From positions 1 to 60,394 of IMG/VR virus record IMGVR_UViG_3300036828_000746: a stretch of DNA of 60,394 nucleotides; one strand, 5' to 3'. This document shows positions 57,141 to 60,394 of the stretch, one piece after another. Made by a program: the position numbers and the translations under genes. The notes beneath the pieces were generated by a model that was not told the DNA's origin, ran no database searches, and was given only the letters and a program-made list of their open reading frames with translations. Every line of letters starts with the position of its first letter. The stretch's first letter is position 1. This stretch comes from a virus. Lineage: Duplodnaviria > Caudoviricetes.

Positions 57141-58793
57141 CTACAAACGCTCGATCCGAAAGTCCGACCTCTGCCCACGTTGCACGCCCTTTTTCTCTGG
57201 CATTGGCGACGTTACCACATTGAGCGCCATAGCGAGCGCGTCGAAACCGTCAATGAGGGTGTGATCGTCAGGCGCCTCACCACGCCAACGCTTGCCACCC
57301 GCTGTTGGTTGCATGATCGCTGACAGGACCTGGTTTGAAAACTTGTCGCTGCCGTCATGCTCAAGTTTTTGTCCTTCGACGTACTCACCAAGCTTCATCG
57401 AAGCGATGTCGAACGGAACGCCCTGACCGTGGTCAACGATCGTGATGCCGTGGCGCTCTTCAAGTTCCTCCGCAACGTCGCCTCCGCCTTGGGCACGGTC
57501 GAACGCAACGACCATGTCCGGCCAGCGATCGTGCATGACCTCAAGGATGTCACCAACATCGCTCGTCCTGCGCAAGCCGCTTTCCGGCAGCGAGTCGATG
57601 ATCACAGCGCCTGCAACGCGTACTTTGCCGATCGGAGGACGCCAAACGGGCACGATCGCAGTCGACGCCCACTTGTAACCTCGGTCGAGACCCACGACGA
57701 CTTGGATGCCCGGGCCTGACGGGATCTCAATGCCGTCCACGTGCATCGACCACCATTGTCCGCGATCGAGCGCCCCGAAGCCTGCGGTCACCCATTGATC
57801 GGCGTTCTGCCGAATGAATTGCCAGCGCCCGAGGCGACCAAGCGCTTTCCATACCCGCTTGAGTGCCTTCGGGGTGATCCACGTCGCTGGGTTCGCCTTC
57901 TTGACCTCATCAAGGTAGCGATCAAGCGCAGGGCCGTCCTTCGACGCTAGTGGAGGTGGCGTGATGTTCTCAGGCACTGCCCAGATGTGAGCGACCGTCT
58001 CCTGTTCTGCGTCGATCGCCCGAGTGTAATACCACCCGGGTCGAAGATCTCGCTGCACCACCGCGCCTGACTCTTCATCGAGGACCATCGCTTCGAGACG
58101 CCCCAGGTAAGAATCGCGATTGGTTCCAGCGGTTGTTCCAATGATGACCTTGACTGTTTGCCCACGCGCCGCCGCCTTGACTGTCTTCGATATGAGCGTA
58201 CCGACAGCAGCGCCGTTGTCACTGTGTCGATGTAGTTCCTCCACCATGATCAGCGTCGGGTCCTTACCTTCGACGGATGATCCGCCCTTCTGTTCTGTAC
58301 GGTTGCCTGCCGATCGAGCGAAGATCCCAACCTCGGGATTGTCGATCCACAATGGAGTCAAGCGCCCGCCGCTATATTCCTGCGGTTCCCACAGTGCGCC
58401 AAGGAGTCCGCGCCTGTTGCGGGATTCGAGTATGAACGCTGCGCCAGCGTTTGTCGTATTTCGGGCATGTTCAAGTTCACCCCCGATGACGAACACCCTC
58501 GGGCGCTTGACGACGTACATGGAATGGTGCAGCGCGATCGCTGCGAACAGCGACGACTTGCCGTTGCCTGTTGGCCATTCCCATAGGTGTTGGAAGAATT
58601 CAGCAACGCTACCTCCGCGGAAGAAATCAGCGAGCGGGTCGAGTTGGAATTCCTGAAGTTTGAAACGCCCGTCCACGGAATCCGGATCCGGCAACGTCCA
58701 ACAGAATCGCTCGAAGTGTTCGAGCGTTTCGTTCTCGGCGTGCGGTTCAGGGATCCGGATCCCGCGAGGCAGGCGTTGGGAACGGGCGCTCAC
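57141..58793 (-). CDS. terL: Terminase large subunit
   Basis: L.EFQ, PTGNGKS Walker A, MVEELH Walker B variant, TTAG, KANP, GLD and IDGFDALAMA nuclease motifs. Confidence 0.9.
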   Translation of the reverse strand: MSARSQRLPRGIRIPEPHAENETLEHFERFCWTLPDPDSVDGRFKLQEFQLDPLADFFRGGSVAEFFQHLWEWPTGNGKSSLFAAIALHHSMYVVKRPRVFVIGGELEHARNTTNAGAAFILESRNRRGLLGALWEPQEYSGGRLTPLWIDNPEVGIFARSAGNRTEQKGGSSVEGKDPTLIMVEELHRHSDNGAAVGTLISKTVKAAARGQTVKVIIGTTAGTNRDSYLGRLEAMVLDEESGAVVQRDLRPGWYYTRAIDAEQETVAHIWAVPENITPPPLASKDGPALDRYLDEVKKANPATWITPKALKRVWKALGRLGRWQFIRQNADQWVTAGFGALDRGQWWSMHVDGIEIPSGPGIQVVVGLDRGYKWASTAIVPVWRPPIGKVRVAGAVIIDSLPESGLRRTSDVGDILEVMHDRWPDMVVAFDRAQGGGDVAEELEERHGITIVDHGQGVPFDIASMKLGEYVEGQKLEHDGSDKFSNQVLSAIMQPTAGGKRWRGEAPDDHTLIDGFDALAMALNVVTSPMPEKKGVQRGQRSDFRIERL

Positions 58794-59219
58794 GCCGGCG
58801 CAGGCTCCTCCGGCGGTTGCTCCGCCCGTGCTGCCTCGATCAACGCCTCAACCTCTTCGATCTTCATTGAGATCTCGCGAACCCTCGGGTTCTCCTGAAG
58901 CGTCTCGACCGCGTGAGCAGCGAGTGCCTGGACCTCAGCGATCAGGGCGTCGATCGTCGGCGTTTCCGGTGCTTCTGATGCCTCCACGTCTGCCCTCCTA
59001 TTTCGCTTGATGCGGGATTCCCTACTTTTCTGACTTCGCCGCTGACGCCTTCGCCTTCTCCTCCTTTTCACCGCTCACCTGTTGTGCTGCGACATCGACA
59101 CCCTCGACGCCCTCATCCCCGATGCGAGGAACGTCCGTCTCCTCGACAAGGTCATAGTACGATGATCCCGTGCCTTCCACGTCAGGATCCTCCGCGTCGT
59201 CCTTCACTTTGTCTGCCAT
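58790..59219 (-). CDS. Two small acidic proteins (58790-58987, 59022-59219)
   Basis: AGGAGG RBS before each; inserted between terS and terL. Confidence 0.55.
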
Positions 59220-59229
59220 TGCGCCTCCT

Positions 59230-59598
59230 TTACGTTGCCGTGAAAGCAGTAGGTAGTGTCGCTTGCCCGGAAAGCGTTGCCACGCTCACCGCTTTGACCG
59301 TACTCGCCTTTTTGGTCGGCGGCGCGGTGCAGACAATCGACGTTGCGGTATTGCTCGTAAGCACTGCAGGCGCACCTCCGAAAGTCACCATAGGTGGCTG
59401 TGCAGGTGCCACAGGAAAGTTGGTCCCGGTGAGCGTGCATGTCGTCCCGCCGGGTCCAGTTGTCGGCGCTACAGTCGCGAGTGTTGGCGCAGCGCCTCCT
59501 CCTACGCGCGGACTTACCGGCGTGTAAGGATTGAGTTCTGAGAAACTTCTGCCTGTGCCTGCCGCGTCCTGAGGTTCCGCGACACCGTTGCCTGACAT
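59230..59598 (-). CDS. IPT/TIG (Ig-like) domain protein, possible virion decoration
   Basis: PTL.TVAPTTGPGGT..TLTGTNF....VTFGG..A......T.IVCTAP...F. Confidence 0.8.
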   Translation of the reverse strand: MSGNGVAEPQDAAGTGRSFSELNPYTPVSPRVGGGAAPTLATVAPTTGPGGTTCTLTGTNFPVAPAQPPMVTFGGAPAVLTSNTATSIVCTAPPTKKASTVKAVSVATLSGQATLPTAFTAT

Positions 59599-60182
59599 TA
59601 GAGTGGCCTCCCATCGGGTCCAAGTTGATCGTCGTAAACCTGCGAGTCCTCATCGGGCCAATCGCCGCCTTTGCCCTGGGGCGCTGACGGATCGGGTTCC
59701 AAACCCAGCGCAATCGCCGCTCGGCGCGCCGCTGTTGCTTCAACCTGCGACTGGTACCAACCCGGGTGAGGTTTGACGCTTCCGGCGTTCGTCGTCTGGT
59801 AAGGGTCGTACTCAGCATAGGCGCGGTGGAGTTCAGCAAGACGCTTGTGCTGGACGTAGTCCTCGATCATGTCCATGTCCACTGAGGCGAACGTGCCACG
59901 TTGCGCGGCGACAGCACGGACAGTGCGCTCCCACACCTTGCGCCAACGCTGAACGTACTGCTCGGGCGGGTCGATGACTGCCGTCTCCTCCCACAGTTCG
60001 ATGAGGCGCTTTGGCGCCCGAGAGCGGTAAGAAAGCGGTTCGGTGAGAAATCGGGCGTGCTCGGGACACGCATGAGGTTTGCCGCCTCGCGACTCAGGAC
60101 GCGTCCACGAATGTCCGGCGATGCACTGCAGCGTTTCGGTGGCGATGCCTGCAGTGAAGTCAGGGGTGCTCGTCGTGCGCAT
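59598..60182 (-). CDS. terS: Terminase small subunit (P27-like) with N-terminal Zn-binding motif
   Basis: PP...KVW......D..MIEDY...G.VKPHP.....LGL.P; C..GH...CPEH. Confidence 0.75.
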   Translation of the reverse strand: MRTTSTPDFTAGIATETLQCIAGHSWTRPESRGGKPHACPEHARFLTEPLSYRSRAPKRLIELWEETAVIDPPEQYVQRWRKVWERTVRAVAAQRGTFASVDMDMIEDYVQHKRLAELHRAYAEYDPYQTTNAGSVKPHPGWYQSQVEATAARRAAIALGLEPDPSAPQGKGGDWPDEDSQVYDDQLGPDGRPL

Positions 60183-60394
60183 CCGCTTCTCGACGCGAGT
60201 GTTCGACCGCAGGCCTTAGGTTGGGCATCGCGAGGCATCATATCGCCTGACGCGCCCGCCTTCGTTGGGGGCCTTCGGGCGTGAGAGGTGACCTTCGCGC
60301 CTTCGACGCGAGGCGTCGAGGGGTCAAAGTAGACAATTTCTGTCCTGAAACCCCTGGTAATCCCCGGTTTCCCGGAATTTTTCTACGCAGGACT

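Larger units (their letters stand above)
1..60394. mobile_element. Near-complete tailed phage genome (HK97-type head, contractile tail, probable cos packaging, apparently lytic)
   Basis: Full set of terminase, portal, protease, capsid, sheath, tube, tape measure, baseplate, lysin and replication genes; no host housekeeping genes; HNH-terS adjacency across the window ends. Confidence 0.93.

Noticed and set aside
56350-57264. 304-aa plus-strand ORF and similar long antisense ORFs (15261-16172, 33420-34265, 36389-37120)
   Set aside because: Antisense to well-supported genes in high-GC DNA; no motifs or RBS
1-60394. Integrase/repressor lysogeny module, tRNAs, or a diversity-generating retroelement
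   Set aside because: No tyrosine or serine recombinase, ParA, reverse transcriptase or cloverleaf/T-loop pattern was recognised by eye; tRNAscan and HMM searches would be needed to exclude them fully

Overview
This window looks like an essentially complete ~60.4 kb tailed dsDNA phage genome. It is high-GC, and the host is probably an actinobacterium (weak clues point to Thermoleophilia/Solirubrobacterales). It appears to be opened at or near its cos site, because HNH at the left end and terS at the right end become adjacent on the minus strand when the ends are joined. Layout: (1) minus-strand HNH and prim-pol/SF3 helicase with a candidate origin (0.2-3.2 kb); (2) a detached plus-strand virion-appendage module (3.5-8.4 kb); (3) a long early region of small ORFs organised as cassettes behind a repeated promoter and an extended RBS, rich in winged-helix proteins (8.5-26 kb); (4) recombination/replication genes, a complete 7-deazaguanine (preQ0/preQ1) DNA-modification cluster with a divergent DpdA/TGT-like enzyme, and a UDG-like/PolA fusion (26-37.3 kb); (5) minus-strand lysis, contractile tail/baseplate, HK97-type head and terminase genes (37.4-60.2 kb). 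I recognised no integrase, tRNA or CRISPR array. The most notable unexplained signals are a dispersed family of fixed-geometry, 10-bp-phased CTAAG...CTTAG intergenic elements, strong RGCY depletion that spares only the N-terminal/LamG part of the fibre gene, a Zn-finger gene enclosed by 27-bp inverted repeats, and the deazaguanine + DUF6378 + UDG-PolA cluster. Protein calls come from motif recognition by eye, not database searches, and counts are manual and approximate.
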